Below, one piece after another: positions 1 to 9,945 of a DNA stretch of 64,000 nt. The DNA comes from Candidatus Multivoradales bacterium (lineage in GTDB: Bacteria; Acidobacteriota; Thermoanaerobaculia; Multivoradales; JAHEKO01), in NCBI GenBank assembly GCA_965223855.1, contig CBDCXM010000008.1, positions 96,001-160,000 on the forward strand. Reading direction: 5' to 3'. The notes below the pieces were generated by a model that had not been told where the DNA came from, ran no database searches, and saw only the letters and a program-made list of their open reading frames with translations. Within the stretch, counting starts at the first letter, position 1; the number at the start of each line of letters is the position of its first letter. The position numbers and the translations under genes were made by a program.

Positions 1-715
1 CGAGCTTCACCCCGGTGAGTGCCTTGATCCCACGCTTGCGGAACGCCTTGGCCAGCTCGGCCGAGACGTCCTCGTCCTCGATCGGCAGCAGGCGCGGCAT
101 CATCTCGACCAGCGTCACCTTGGAGCCGAAGGAGGAGAAGATCGACGCGAACTCGGTTCCGACGGCGCCGGCACCGAGGACGATCAGCGAGTCGGGAACC
201 TCGGCGATCTGCAGGATGTGATCGGAGTTGAGGATCCTTTCGCCGTCGGCTGGCGCGATCGGAATGTCGCGCGGGACGGAGCCGGTAGCAACGAGGATGT
301 TCGCCGTCGAGTAGACGGCTTTCTCACCGTCCGCCGACTCGACCTCGACCTCGTTGGCACCGGCGACTCGCCCGACTCCGTGGATCCCGTCGATCTTGTT
401 CTTCTTGAACAGATACTCGATACCGCGAGCGTTCTTGTCGACGACCTGGTTCTTGTAGTCCTGGGCACCACCGAGATCGAGGCTGGGGTCGGCAACGTCG
501 ACGCCGAACGAGCCCGCCTTGCGGATGCCGTCCAGCACGCCGGCCGTGTGCAGCAGCGCCTTGGTCGGGATGCATCCACGGTGCAGACAGGTGCCCCCGA
601 ACTTGGGGTCCTTCTCGACCACTGCCGTCTTGAGGCCGAGTTGCGCAGCACGGATCCCGGCGACATAGCCTCCGGGCCCGCTGCCGATGATGACGAGGTC
701 GTACTGGTGACTCAT
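1..715 (-). CDS. lpdA: Dihydrolipoamide dehydrogenase (3' part runs off the window)
   Basis: Not in the ORF track. Manual translation from ATG 715 gives MSHQYDLVIIGSGPGGYVAGIRAAQLGLKTAVVEKDPKFGGTCLHRGCIPTKALL (GxGxxG FAD motif, GGTCLHRGCIP redox disulfide). ATGA overlap with the upstream gene. Confidence 0.93.
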   Translation of the reverse strand, partial: MSHQYDLVIIGSGPGGYVAGIRAAQLGLKTAVVEKDPKFGGTCLHRGCIPTKALLHTAGVLDGIRKAGSFGVDVADPSLDLGGAQDYKNQVVDKNARGIEYLFKKNKIDGIHGVGRVAGANEVEVESADGEKAVYSTANILVATGSVPRDIPIAPADGERILNSDHILQIAEVPDSLIVLGAGAVGTEFASIFSSFGSKVTLVEMMPRLLPIEDEDVSAELAKAFRKRGIKALTGVKL

Positions 716-1584
716 GAGACTCCTTGCCGCGCCGGCGCCTCGAAGGGGACCGGCTGCGCCTCGTAACGGCCGGGCTTCACCTCGTTCAGGCGGGCGAACG
801 GAGTGATCGGGTCGTGCTCGAAAATGCAGAGCCACCCCTCCTCGCACGCCTGCGGAAGCCAGCGTTTCTTGTTCTCGATCGTGGTCAGCGGAAACAGGTC
901 GTAGGCCATGACCCACGGATAGGGCAGGTGATCGGTCGTCGGCACGAGGTCGGCGAGATAGACGCCGCGGCTGTCCTCGCCGCCGTCGAGGAGGACGATA
1001 CACATGTCGCGGTTGTGCCCGGCGGCCTTGACGACCCGCACCCCCTCCATCGGCTCCGCCTCCTCTTCGAAGACCTCGAGCACGCCCGCCTCCGCCAAAG
1101 GCTCCCAGTTGTCCGGGAAGTAGCTCGCCCGGTCTCTCGGGCTCGGAGCCCGAGCGTGCTCGAGCTCGCCCCGCTCGATCCAGTAGCGGGCTCGCGGGAA
1201 GGTCGGCCTCAGCTCCCCGTCGATCAGCCGGGTGTTCCAGCCGCAGTGGTCGAAGTGAAGGTGGGTCAGCACGACGTGGTCGATATCGGCGGGAGTGAGA
1301 TCGAGCGCTGCCAGCGACTCCGGGAGCCTTCTGGCTCCCTCCGGCATGCCGAACTGCTCGCGGAACCTGGCGTCGTGCTTGTCGCCCAGACCGGTGTCGA
1401 TCAACAGCCGCTCGCCGGCAGCTTCGACCAGCAGGCAGTTGGTCGTCATGTCGATCCGGTTCGCTCCGTCCGCGGGGCGCCGTGGCTCCCACAGGACCTT
1501 GGGGACGACCCCGAACATCGCCCCGCCGTCGAGACGAAATCCACCGTCACTGACGACAGCCAGCTCTAGACGACCGAGGCGCAT
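712..1584 (-). CDS. MBL-fold metallo-hydrolase (YtnP-like)
   Basis: LDGGAMFGVVPK and THLHFDHCG (HxHxDH) motifs. Confidence 0.9.
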   Translation of the reverse strand: MRLGRLELAVVSDGGFRLDGGAMFGVVPKVLWEPRRPADGANRIDMTTNCLLVEAAGERLLIDTGLGDKHDARFREQFGMPEGARRLPESLAALDLTPADIDHVVLTHLHFDHCGWNTRLIDGELRPTFPRARYWIERGELEHARAPSPRDRASYFPDNWEPLAEAGVLEVFEEEAEPMEGVRVVKAAGHNRDMCIVLLDGGEDSRGVYLADLVPTTDHLPYPWVMAYDLFPLTTIENKKRWLPQACEEGWLCIFEHDPITPFARLNEVKPGRYEAQPVPFEAPARQGVS

Positions 1585-1667
1585 GGGGGCGGGAGTCTAT
1601 CGAATGGGTCGGGCGGAATCGAGACGAGAGGTCGCAGCCGCCGGGTCCGTTGGTAGGATCCGCGCGC

Positions 1668-2798
1668 ATGTCGCAAGCGGCAAGACCAGCCCTCGTGCTG
1701 ACCGGTGGAGGCGCCCGCGCCGCCTATCAGGTCGGATTCCTCCGCTGCCTTGCGCGACGCTCGCCGGACTCCCGCTTTCCGATCGTCACCGGGGTCTCGG
1801 CCGGAGCGATCAACGCCGTCTACCTGGCCTCCCACACCGGGGGCCTCCCGGAGGCCGCCGAGCAGCTGACTCGACTGTGGACCGGCCTCTCCCCGGGCAA
1901 GGTGTTCAAGCTGGACCCATGGGGCCTCGCGATGACCACCCTGCGATGGGGCCTGAGCCTCGTTTCGGGGGGCCGTGGGAGCGATTCGCGCCGTCTCAGA
2001 GGCCTGCTCGACACCGCGCCGCTGCGTGCGATCCTCGAACATGCGCTCGAGGACTCGGAGGGTCGGATCCCGGGGATCGCCGCCAACCTGAGGGACGGGC
2101 AGCTCGAGTCGCTCGCCGTCACTACGCTCAAGTACGCCACCGGGCAGACGGTCACCTGGGTGCAGGGGCGTGAGATCCAGTCGTGGGCTCGCCCCAACAG
2201 GCTCGGCGTCCAGACGAACATCCAGGCCGAGCACATCATGGCGTCGGCCGCACTACCGATCCTGTTCCCGGCCCAGGAGCTCGAGGACGGCTGGTACGGA
2301 GACGGCGGAGTCCGCTTCCTCACCCCGCTCGCACCGGCGATCCATCTCGGCGCCGACCGCGTACTGGCGATCTCGACCCGCTACGACCGCACGCTCGACG
2401 AGGCCTCGGCGCCGGCGGTCGCCGGCTATCCACCGCCGGCGCAGATCCTCGGCACCATGCTCAACGCCGTCTTCCTCGACGCGATCGATCAGGATGCGAT
2501 GAGGCTCGAACGCATCAACCGGCTGCTGGACGGCCGACCCCGCGGCGAGCTGCGGCCGATCGAGTGCCTCATTCTCCGTCCGTCCGTCGATCTCGGCCGA
2601 CTCGCGGCCGAATACGAGGCCGATCTGCCACGCGCCTTTCGCTTCCTCACCCGGGGGCTCGGCACCCATCGCACTTCGAGCCCGGACTTTCTCAGCCTGC
2701 TAATGTTCCAGAGCGATTACCTTCGGCGTCTGATCGAGATCGGCGAATCGGACGCGGACGCTCAGTTCGAGAGCATCCGCGACCTTCTGGGAATGTAG
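1668..2798 (+). CDS. Patatin-like phospholipase
   Basis: GGGARAAYQVG, GVSAG nucleophile elbow, DGG motif; ATG 1668 is 8 nt after TAGGAT. Confidence 0.9.
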   Translation: MSQAARPALVLTGGGARAAYQVGFLRCLARRSPDSRFPIVTGVSAGAINAVYLASHTGGLPEAAEQLTRLWTGLSPGKVFKLDPWGLAMTTLRWGLSLVSGGRGSDSRRLRGLLDTAPLRAILEHALEDSEGRIPGIAANLRDGQLESLAVTTLKYATGQTVTWVQGREIQSWARPNRLGVQTNIQAEHIMASAALPILFPAQELEDGWYGDGGVRFLTPLAPAIHLGADRVLAISTRYDRTLDEASAPAVAGYPPPAQILGTMLNAVFLDAIDQDAMRLERINRLLDGRPRGELRPIECLILRPSVDLGRLAAEYEADLPRAFRFLTRGLGTHRTSSPDFLSLLMFQSDYLRRLIEIGESDADAQFESIRDLLGM

Positions 2799-2803
2799 GA
2801 ACC

Positions 2804-5800
2804 TTGTCGAAGCTCAGCCTGCGGGCCGACATCCGCCTCCTGCGCATGGCCATCGAGCGCGGTCTCCTCTCGTGGGAGGACCTCGAAGCCGTGCCGCAAC
2901 CGCAGAGCGACGACGAGATGGAGAGCGCCGTCTGGGGACCCTGGGTGTCGCGCCTGATCGAGTCCGGGCACCTGGACGAGAAGGCGCTCATCGGGCTCGT
3001 CCGGGGTCTCGATCCCGAGGCGGGCAACGCGCCCGCCGTACCCGAGGAGCCAGTGGCGCCGGTCCCGGCCAACTGGGACCGCTACCACATCTTCTCGCAG
3101 CTCGGCGCCGGCGGCATGGGCTCCGTGTTCAAAGCCTTCGACCCCAAGCTGAACCGGTTCGTCGCCCTCAAGTTCCTCCACCGCAGCGACCCGAACCTGA
3201 CGGAGGCGTTTCTCGACGAGGCACGATCCCAGGCGCAGGTCGAGCATCCGCTGATCTGCCAGGTCTACGAGGTCGGCGATGTCGAGGGGCAGCCCTACAT
3301 CGCCATGCGGTTCATCGACGGCAAGCCGCTCCACCGCGCCGCCACCGCCTTTCCACTGGTGACCAAGCTGCGGCTGATCGAACAGGTGGCCGATGCGCTG
3401 CAGGCCGCCCACCAGAAGGGCCTCATTCACCGCGACATCAAGCCCGGCAACATCCTGGTCACCACCAATCAGCGCGGAGCGTTGCGGTGCATCGTCGTCG
3501 ACTTCGGCCTCGCACAGAGCCTCAGCGGACCGGTTCAGGAGGGTGACGAAGTTGCAGGGACTCCCGACTACCTCGCTCCCGAGCAGCTCTCGGGCGGCCA
3601 GGTCGATCGACGGACCGACATCTACAGCCTCGGCGCCGTTCTCTATGAGCTGATCAGCGGCAGGGTGCCCTACAAAGGCAGGAACATAGGCCAGACGCTC
3701 CAGCTCATTACCGCAGGACGGGCGGCTCCGCCGAGCCGGTACGAGCCGTCGATCCCGAAGGAGCTCGACGCCGTCGTCCTCAAGTGCATCTCCCGCGACC
3801 CCGAAGACCGCTACTCCACGGCCGCCGACCTGCTGGCGGATCTGAGGCGCTTTCTACGGGGTGAGCCGATCGCGGCGCACTCGACGCGACTGGCCTACCG
3901 GACTCGCAAGTTCATCGGCCGGCATCGCTGGGTCACCCTCGCCGCCAGTCTCGGCTTGATCGCTCTGGTCGGCCTGGGCGCTTTCGGACTCTTCACTCGG
4001 GCACAGGCGCGACAGCGCGCCGACCTGGCGCGCAGTTTCGGCGAGACCGTGAAGTCGATGGAAGCCTCGACCCGCTACTCGGCGCTGCTACCGCTCCACG
4101 ACACCTCGCGGCAGAGGGCCGAACTCGAACGCCAGATGGCCGAGATCCGGGAAGAGATGGAGCGTCTCGGGCCGCTGGCCGAGGGCCCGGGCAACTACGC
4201 GCTGGGGCGAGGACATCTGGCACGCCACCGCCACGAGCTGGCCAAGCAACACCTCGAGGCGGCCTGGAACGCCGGTTATCAGGGGCCCGAGGTCGCCTCC
4301 GCACTCGGACAGGCGATCGGTCGACTCTACGACCAGGCGGTCTACGCGGGGCCGATGCCCCGCAACACGATGACCGCGCAGTCCACCCGCGAAGAACTGG
4401 CACGGGTATTCCGCGATCCGGCACTCGAGTACCTCCGGGCAGGCACCGAGGACAGCTCGGGGCGCTACGTCCAGGCGTTGATCGCGCTCTACGAGGGCAG
4501 CTACGAAGAAGCCGTCCGACTGGCCGAGAACGCGTTCGCCGACGAGCCATGGTTCTACGAAGCCAAGCGCCTCGTCGGCCGGGTGCGGGAGGCAGAGGGT
4601 GACGAGGCGGCTCACGCCGGCGACTACGACGGTGCTCTCGCCCACTACGACGCCGCCCACTCGATCTACATCGATCTCTCGGACGTCGCCCGCAGTGACG
4701 CCGAGCTTCGGGTCGCCGCCTGCCGCTGCCTCAGCCAGCGCAACGAGGTTCGTCGCCTCCAGGGCGAGCTGGAGCGCGCGGAGGTCGACCTGGCGCTCGA
4801 AGCGTGCCGCGAGGCTCTGACCATCGACGAGGGGATCGCCGAGGCGTTCTCACTGCAATCGAGGATTCTCTGGCGTTGGGCCGACCAGCAGCGTCGTCGC
4901 GGTGCGAGCCCTGTCGCCGACCTCGAGCAGGCGATCGCTCTGGCGCGCCGGGCGATCGAGACCAATCCGCAGAGCAGCGCCGCTCACCAGAACCTGGCGG
5001 CCTCTTATCGGCTCCTCGGAAGCTGGCGGATGGTGCGCGGAGACGACCCGCTGCCCGACCTCGAGCAGGCGATCACGGCGGCCGAAGCGGCCATCAGCCT
5101 GCAGCCGGAAGTCGCGATCGCACACAACAGTCTCGGCAATGCGGCCATCCTCACGTCTCGCCATCTCGCCTCCCGCGGTGAAGACCCGCTCGAGCGGATC
5201 GACCAGGCGATCGCGAGCTACGAACGGGCGATCGAGCTCAATCCGCTCTACGTGCCGGCGCTGCTCAATCTGGGCAACGCCTGGATCAGCCGTACCGATT
5301 GGGAGATCGCTCACGGCATCGACCCGTCCGACTCGATCGACCGCGCGCTCGTGCCGCTTCATCGGGCGGTCGACATCAACCCCAACTATCTGCAGCTTCA
5401 CAACAACCTCGGGAACGCCCACACCACGCGCGCTCTGGCCCGATTCGTCCGCAACGAGCCGCTGGGGAACGAGATCGATCTCGCGGTCGCCAGCTACCGC
5501 AGGGCGCTCGAGATCAACCCAAACTACGCGATCGGCGCCTACAACGTCGCCTATGCCGAGCGGCTCCGCGCCCGCCACCTCCAGCTTTCGGGTGAAGACC
5601 CGACTGAGGCCGAGGAGGAGGCCGAGCGGGCGATCCGCGATGCGATCCGCTTCAACCCCTCGGACCCGGACAACCAGTTCGAGCTCGCCGAGCTCCAGCT
5701 CTTCCGCGCTCACCGGACGCTCTCCGGCGGCGGCGACCCGACCACCGCCTGCCAGGCGGCGCGCACGGCGATCCTCGCGGCGGAGCAGCTCAACGACAGC

Positions 5801-6121
5801 GACGCCCGCATCCCGTTCCTCTCCGCCCGGGTTCGGCGCTACCTCGCCGGCTGGAACCTCCGGCAGGGCCGTCCCGCGGCAGCCGTGGTGGAAGAAGGCA
5901 TCGCGCTCGCGAGGCAGGCGCTCGAGCGCAACCCCGAGTTCCACGAGGCGAACGCCGTGATGGGCGTGCTGCTGGGCCTGCGCGCCGAGCCCCTCTCCGG
6001 GGAGGTGCGCGAGGCGACGCTCCAACGAGCCGAATCGACCCTTCGAGACGCCCTCGCGGCGAGCCCCGGTCTCGAGCGCGAGTACCGCGCCGAGATGGAA
6101 GCGCTCACCGCCGACGGCTAG
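2804..6121 (+). CDS. Membrane Ser/Thr protein kinase with long C-terminal TPR region
   Basis: LGAGGMG, VALK, HRDIKPGN, DFG, APE; TM segment WVTLAASLGLIALVGLGAFGLF; many TPRs (AHNSLGNA, HNNLGNA). Start is TTG 2804 or ATG 2846; the ORF-track extension from 2183 overlaps patatin and is rejected. Confidence 0.88.
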   Translation: MSKLSLRADIRLLRMAIERGLLSWEDLEAVPQPQSDDEMESAVWGPWVSRLIESGHLDEKALIGLVRGLDPEAGNAPAVPEEPVAPVPANWDRYHIFSQLGAGGMGSVFKAFDPKLNRFVALKFLHRSDPNLTEAFLDEARSQAQVEHPLICQVYEVGDVEGQPYIAMRFIDGKPLHRAATAFPLVTKLRLIEQVADALQAAHQKGLIHRDIKPGNILVTTNQRGALRCIVVDFGLAQSLSGPVQEGDEVAGTPDYLAPEQLSGGQVDRRTDIYSLGAVLYELISGRVPYKGRNIGQTLQLITAGRAAPPSRYEPSIPKELDAVVLKCISRDPEDRYSTAADLLADLRRFLRGEPIAAHSTRLAYRTRKFIGRHRWVTLAASLGLIALVGLGAFGLFTRAQARQRADLARSFGETVKSMEASTRYSALLPLHDTSRQRAELERQMAEIREEMERLGPLAEGPGNYALGRGHLARHRHELAKQHLEAAWNAGYQGPEVASALGQAIGRLYDQAVYAGPMPRNTMTAQSTREELARVFRDPALEYLRAGTEDSSGRYVQALIALYEGSYEEAVRLAENAFADEPWFYEAKRLVGRVREAEGDEAAHAGDYDGALAHYDAAHSIYIDLSDVARSDAELRVAACRCLSQRNEVRRLQGELERAEVDLALEACREALTIDEGIAEAFSLQSRILWRWADQQRRRGASPVADLEQAIALARRAIETNPQSSAAHQNLAASYRLLGSWRMVRGDDPLPDLEQAITAAEAAISLQPEVAIAHNSLGNAAILTSRHLASRGEDPLERIDQAIASYERAIELNPLYVPALLNLGNAWISRTDWEIAHGIDPSDSIDRALVPLHRAVDINPNYLQLHNNLGNAHTTRALARFVRNEPLGNEIDLAVASYRRALEINPNYAIGAYNVAYAERLRARHLQLSGEDPTEAEEEAERAIRDAIRFNPSDPDNQFELAELQLFRAHRTLSGGGDPTTACQAARTAILAAEQLNDSDARIPFLSARVRRYLAGWNLRQGRPAAAVVEEGIALARQALERNPEFHEANAVMGVLLGLRAEPLSGEVREATLQRAESTLRDALAASPGLEREYRAEMEALTADG

Positions 6122-6302
6122 CCCGTTCTTCTCACGCCGTTTCGGCCTGGTAGGTCGTAGGTTGCTGAAGATACAAGGCTTCCGTTCGCGAGCACCACAG
6201 GCATAGCCGTAGCTACGTCGAGGAGCGCAGCGAACGGAGAACGAAGTAGGTTCAGTGACATACGGCCTACCAGGGTGAAGCGGTGTGAGAAGGACGGGCT
6301 AG
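6118..6302. repeat. Long-palindrome intergenic element, copy 1 (MITE/REP-like or structured RNA)
   Basis: Ends CTAGCCCGTTCTTCTCACGCCG...CGGTGTGAGAAGGACGGGCTAG are inverted repeats; core nearly identical to 38111-38310. Confidence 0.9.
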
Positions 6303-7210
6303 CGCTGGCCGCGCGCCAGCTCCGCCTCGGCCGCGATCGCGCCGAAAGCGGCCCACGCCGGAGCCGCGTGGATCTCACGCCAAAGCCTCCCGGCATCCTC
6401 CTGCCCGCCGGCCAGGAAGTCGTGCATCGAGACGCCGTAGAGAACCGTGGCCGACGCGACGTTGCCCCCTTCCGCCCTGGCGTCACCGACCAGGCTGTCC
6501 CGGGTTCTCTCACCGGCGAAGAGCTGCAGAAGGTGGAGATAGTCGAGATTCTCGAGGAGGTCCGAGTCGGTCGGCAGGTTGTCGAGCAATACGCTCGCCT
6601 CGGCGGAGCGACCCGAGCGGGTGAGGGCCAGATAGAGCCAGTACTCGGCAGCGACCCGCATGTCCTGGTTGGCGGCCAATGCCGAGCAGCTCCGGAACGC
6701 CTCCACAGCGCGCGGGAAGTCGCCCAGGAGGTAGCGCACGAGCCCGAGGTGGTACCAGAGATTGGTCTTCAGCGTACTCGTGGGGACTCCAGCCGCGTTC
6801 GGCAGGCCGTCGGGCTCCACCCGATCCGGCATCCCGGCGATCGTCCTCAGGCCCAGCTCGAAGTCGGCCGCCGCCTCCGGAAGCCGTCGCAAGGTCAGTA
6901 GACGATGCCCCCGATGCCTCAGGAATCGAGCATCCTCGGGGAACGCCTCCCACCCGCGTGTGAAGGTCTCGATCGCCTCGTCGTAGCGAGCCAGATATCC
7001 CTGTCGTCTGCCGACCCAGACCCAGGCGTCGGGATCGTCGGGATCACTTCGACGGGCCTCCTCGGCCTCGGCGAGCCGAGCGCGCTGCTCGTTCTCGAAA
7101 GCCTCGGGGAGCGGTGGCGGCTCGAGCAGCCTGCCGTCGAGGCCGCGCCACTCCCCCGCGACCGCCGCCGAGGCGACGATGGCGATGGCTACGCCCAGCA
7201 GGGCGATCAG
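6299..7210 (-). CDS. Secreted TPR protein (NlpI-like)
   Basis: Signal-like [18 protein letters not shown] then TPRs ([22 protein letters not shown]). Start uncertain, probably CTG at 7210 overlapping the fbaB stop. Confidence 0.75.
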   Translation of the reverse strand: MIALLGVAIAIVASAAVAGEWRGLDGRLLEPPPLPEAFENEQRARLAEAEEARRSDPDDPDAWVWVGRRQGYLARYDEAIETFTRGWEAFPEDARFLRHRGHRLLTLRRLPEAAADFELGLRTIAGMPDRVEPDGLPNAAGVPTSTLKTNLWYHLGLVRYLLGDFPRAVEAFRSCSALAANQDMRVAAEYWLYLALTRSGRSAEASVLLDNLPTDSDLLENLDYLHLLQLFAGERTRDSLVGDARAEGGNVASATVLYGVSMHDFLAGGQEDAGRLWREIHAAPAWAAFGAIAAEAELARGQR

Positions 7211-8286
7211 GCGACCGTGACGTCGTCGCAGAGGAACACGTCCTGGATCGCGTTCAGCAGCTCGACACCCTCGGCCATCGGCCGCTGGAACGCCTTGCGA
7301 CCGGAGATGAGCCCGCACCCGCCGCCGCGCTTGTTCAGTACCGCCGTCCGGACCGCCGCGGCAAGATCGCCACGACCGCTCGAGGAACCGCCGGAGTTGA
7401 TGAGGCCGATCCGCCCCATGTAGCAATTCGCCACCTGCCAGCGCACCAGGTCTACCGGATGATCCGAGACGAGGGACTCGTACACGAGGTCGTGCGTCTT
7501 GCCGAAACCGATCGCAGGGTAGCCACCGTTCTTCGTCGGCAGCTTCTGCTTGACGATGTCGGCCTCGATCGTCACGCCGATGTGGTTCGCCTGGGCGGTG
7601 AGGTCGGCGGCGTCGTGGTAGTCGACACCGTCCTTCTTGAAGGCGGGATTGCGCAGGTAGCACCACAGAATCGTCGCAAGCCCCACCTCGTGAGCCCGTG
7701 CGAACGCCTCGGCGATCTCCTCGAGCTCGCGAGCGCAGTCCTCGCTGCCGAAGTAGATCGTCGCGCCCACCGCTGCCGCGCCGAGCTCCCACGCCTGCTC
7801 GACCTGGGCGAACAGGGTCTGTCGGTAGCGGTTCGGGTAAGTGAGGATCTCGTTGTGGTTGATCTTGACGACGAACGGGATCCTGTGTGCCCAGCGGCGC
7901 GACACGATGCCGAGGACCCCGAGCGTCGAGGCGACCGCGTTGCACCCTCCCTCGACCGCGAGCCGTACGATGTTCTCGGGATCGAAGTAGGCCGGGTTGG
8001 GAGCGAACGAGGCGGCGCCGGAGTGCTCGATCCCCTGATCGACCGGAAGGATGGACACGTAGCCCGTACCGGCGAGGCGGCCATGATCGCGAATCCTCGC
8101 CAGACTGACGAGCACCGGCGCTCCCCGGTCGGAGTCGCCGAAGACGCGCTCGAGATGATCCGGCCCGGGCGCATGCACCTGCTCGCGCGGGATCCCCTTG
8201 CAGGCATAGTCGAGAATCGTGCCGGCATCCTCTCCCAGCAGCTCGACGATACGGTCGATATTGGTCTCCACCTGTGCCACTCCCAT
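7207..8286 (-). CDS. fbaB: Class I fructose-bisphosphate aldolase (DhnA type)
   Basis: [30 protein letters not shown] Schiff-base Lys, [10 protein letters not shown]. Confidence 0.93.
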   Translation of the reverse strand: MGVAQVETNIDRIVELLGEDAGTILDYACKGIPREQVHAPGPDHLERVFGDSDRGAPVLVSLARIRDHGRLAGTGYVSILPVDQGIEHSGAASFAPNPAYFDPENIVRLAVEGGCNAVASTLGVLGIVSRRWAHRIPFVVKINHNEILTYPNRYRQTLFAQVEQAWELGAAAVGATIYFGSEDCARELEEIAEAFARAHEVGLATILWCYLRNPAFKKDGVDYHDAADLTAQANHIGVTIEADIVKQKLPTKNGGYPAIGFGKTHDLVYESLVSDHPVDLVRWQVANCYMGRIGLINSGGSSSGRGDLAAAVRTAVLNKRGGGCGLISGRKAFQRPMAEGVELLNAIQDVFLCDDVTVA

Positions 8287-8314
8287 GTCGACTCCTCCTC
8301 GTTTCGCGCGGAGT

Positions 8315-9292
8315 CTACCCTGCCCCGTCGCGCCGATGCCCGGTCATCGCCTCGACGACGTCGGCGACCGGCCGGACGTCGTGCACGTCGCCCGCGCTCT
8401 TGCCGGCCTGCCAGTAGTCCTTCGAACCCGACTCGTCGAGCGAGGCGCGCTTGAGCTTCCACAGCGAGCCGAGAGCGTAGATCATCCGCATCCAGTGCTT
8501 GCGGCGGCGGCCTCGGAGCATCCAGCGCGCGAATCGCCCGGCCTCGAGCCCCATGCGCTCGATGTAGGGGGTCCGGATGACCGCCACCGGAACCCCGGTC
8601 AGCCGCTCACTGAGCACGATGTCCTCCTCGTCCGCCTCGACGATCGCCTGCTTGTAGGGCATGCCGGCCGTGCACTCGTCGGTGGCGATCAGCCGGGTCC
8701 CGATCTGGACGGCCGCGTAGCCGATCCCGAGCGCCTCCTCGAAGCGCTCGCGCGTGGCGACTCCCCCCGCGCAGACGACCGGTACGCCGAAACCCTCGAG
8801 CTCCCGGTAGAGCTCGGCCGGGCTCCGGTCGCCGGCATGCCCGCCGGCCCGGCGATTGACGGCGATCAGGCCATCCACTCCGCCGGCGATCCCCTTCTCC
8901 GCCCACCTGGGTGTCGTCACGTCGTGGTAGACGAGACCACCTTCGGCATGGACCCTTTCGCAAACCCACTTCGGGTTGCCGAGAGAGGTGATGAAGAAGC
9001 GAACCCCTTCCTCGAGCGCGATGTCGATCCACTCCGTCATCCGCTCGAAGTAGCGCTTCGACGACGCCTCGATCAGCGCATTCATGCCGATCGGTCGGTC
9101 GGTGAGGGTTCGCATGTAGCGAATCCCCTCGCGGAAGTCCCAGCGATGCACGAACGTCAGCGACACCGGCTGTAGAACGCCGATACCACCGGCTTCGGAG
9201 ACCGCCGCCACCAGCTCGGGATTGCTGCACGGATACATCGGGCCGCCGATCAGCGGAACGTCGATGCCGAGTCGTCGCGCGAAGTCGTTCAA
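8315..9292 (-). CDS. Nitronate monooxygenase / FabK-like flavin oxidoreductase
   Basis: [46 protein letters not shown]. Confidence 0.85.
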   Translation of the reverse strand: MNDFARRLGIDVPLIGGPMYPCSNPELVAAVSEAGGIGVLQPVSLTFVHRWDFREGIRYMRTLTDRPIGMNALIEASSKRYFERMTEWIDIALEEGVRFFITSLGNPKWVCERVHAEGGLVYHDVTTPRWAEKGIAGGVDGLIAVNRRAGGHAGDRSPAELYRELEGFGVPVVCAGGVATRERFEEALGIGYAAVQIGTRLIATDECTAGMPYKQAIVEADEEDIVLSERLTGVPVAVIRTPYIERMGLEAGRFARWMLRGRRRKHWMRMIYALGSLWKLKRASLDESGSKDYWQAGKSAGDVHDVRPVADVVEAMTGHRRDGAG

Positions 9293-9777
9293 CGCTCTTC
9301 CCTCGGGCTGAGCCGCCAGTGCGCGACAAGGCGGGCCACGACGTCCCCTGTAGCGTCACGAATCTCCGCCTCGACCTCGTGATCGGTCGTCCCGGCGATC
9401 TCCGGAGCCTCGACGCGACTTTCAGCGATCAGTCGCCCACGCGCCTTCTTGAGGTACTCGATCTCGAGGCGCGTGACGATGCCCCGCACTCCGCCGCCGA
9501 GACTCGCCATCATCGCCGTCCCACTCACCAGCTCGCCGAGGTTCGCCAGTGCGACCGCGTGGACGGAGGCGAGGTGATTGCGCACCTTCCGACGGTCTCG
9601 CAACGACACCCGGGCGTAGCCGGGAGCGAACTCCTCGAACACCGCCCCCACCGTTCCGGTATAAGGCGCGCCTCGACCTACGAGCCAACTGAACAGCCGG
9701 CGGCCGCCCGGCAGGCGGCTCAGTCGGTGCCACATCGCCAGGAGGCGTGCTCCGGGGGCTTCTTCACGTCGGGCCAT
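9289..9777 (-). CDS. Hotdog-fold thioesterase (PaaI/DUF4442-like)
   Basis: RNHLASVHAVALANLGE, IEYLKKARG. Confidence 0.82.
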   Translation of the reverse strand: MARREEAPGARLLAMWHRLSRLPGGRRLFSWLVGRGAPYTGTVGAVFEEFAPGYARVSLRDRRKVRNHLASVHAVALANLGELVSGTAMMASLGGGVRGIVTRLEIEYLKKARGRLIAESRVEAPEIAGTTDHEVEAEIRDATGDVVARLVAHWRLSPREER

Positions 9778-9945
9778 GTGTGCAATCCTCGGGTTTCTCC
9801 GTTCCTCGAGCGCTCGATCGAGCTTCCCGCTTCGCGTCTGCGAGGCGGCAGTGTACCCGGCCCCTCGGAAAGCGGGTGTCTCGATCGACGCGGCCCGAAG
9901 ACCGGCTACAATCCCGCCCGTCCCCTTCGATCAGAGGAGAATGCC

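Noticed and set aside
2183-2803. N-terminal extension of the kinase ORF
   Set aside because: Overlaps patatin in another frame; Arg/Pro-rich non-coding-like composition.
6118-6513. Similar small ORFs 6118-6513 and 38111-38494 (MSLNLLR...LLDVATAMP)
   Set aside because: The similarity comes from the DNA repeat. Substitutions preserve base pairing, and the ORFs overlap real genes, so coding is unlikely though not excluded.
7211-7945. N-terminal extension of the TPR ORF
   Set aside because: Lies within fbaB in an alternative frame.
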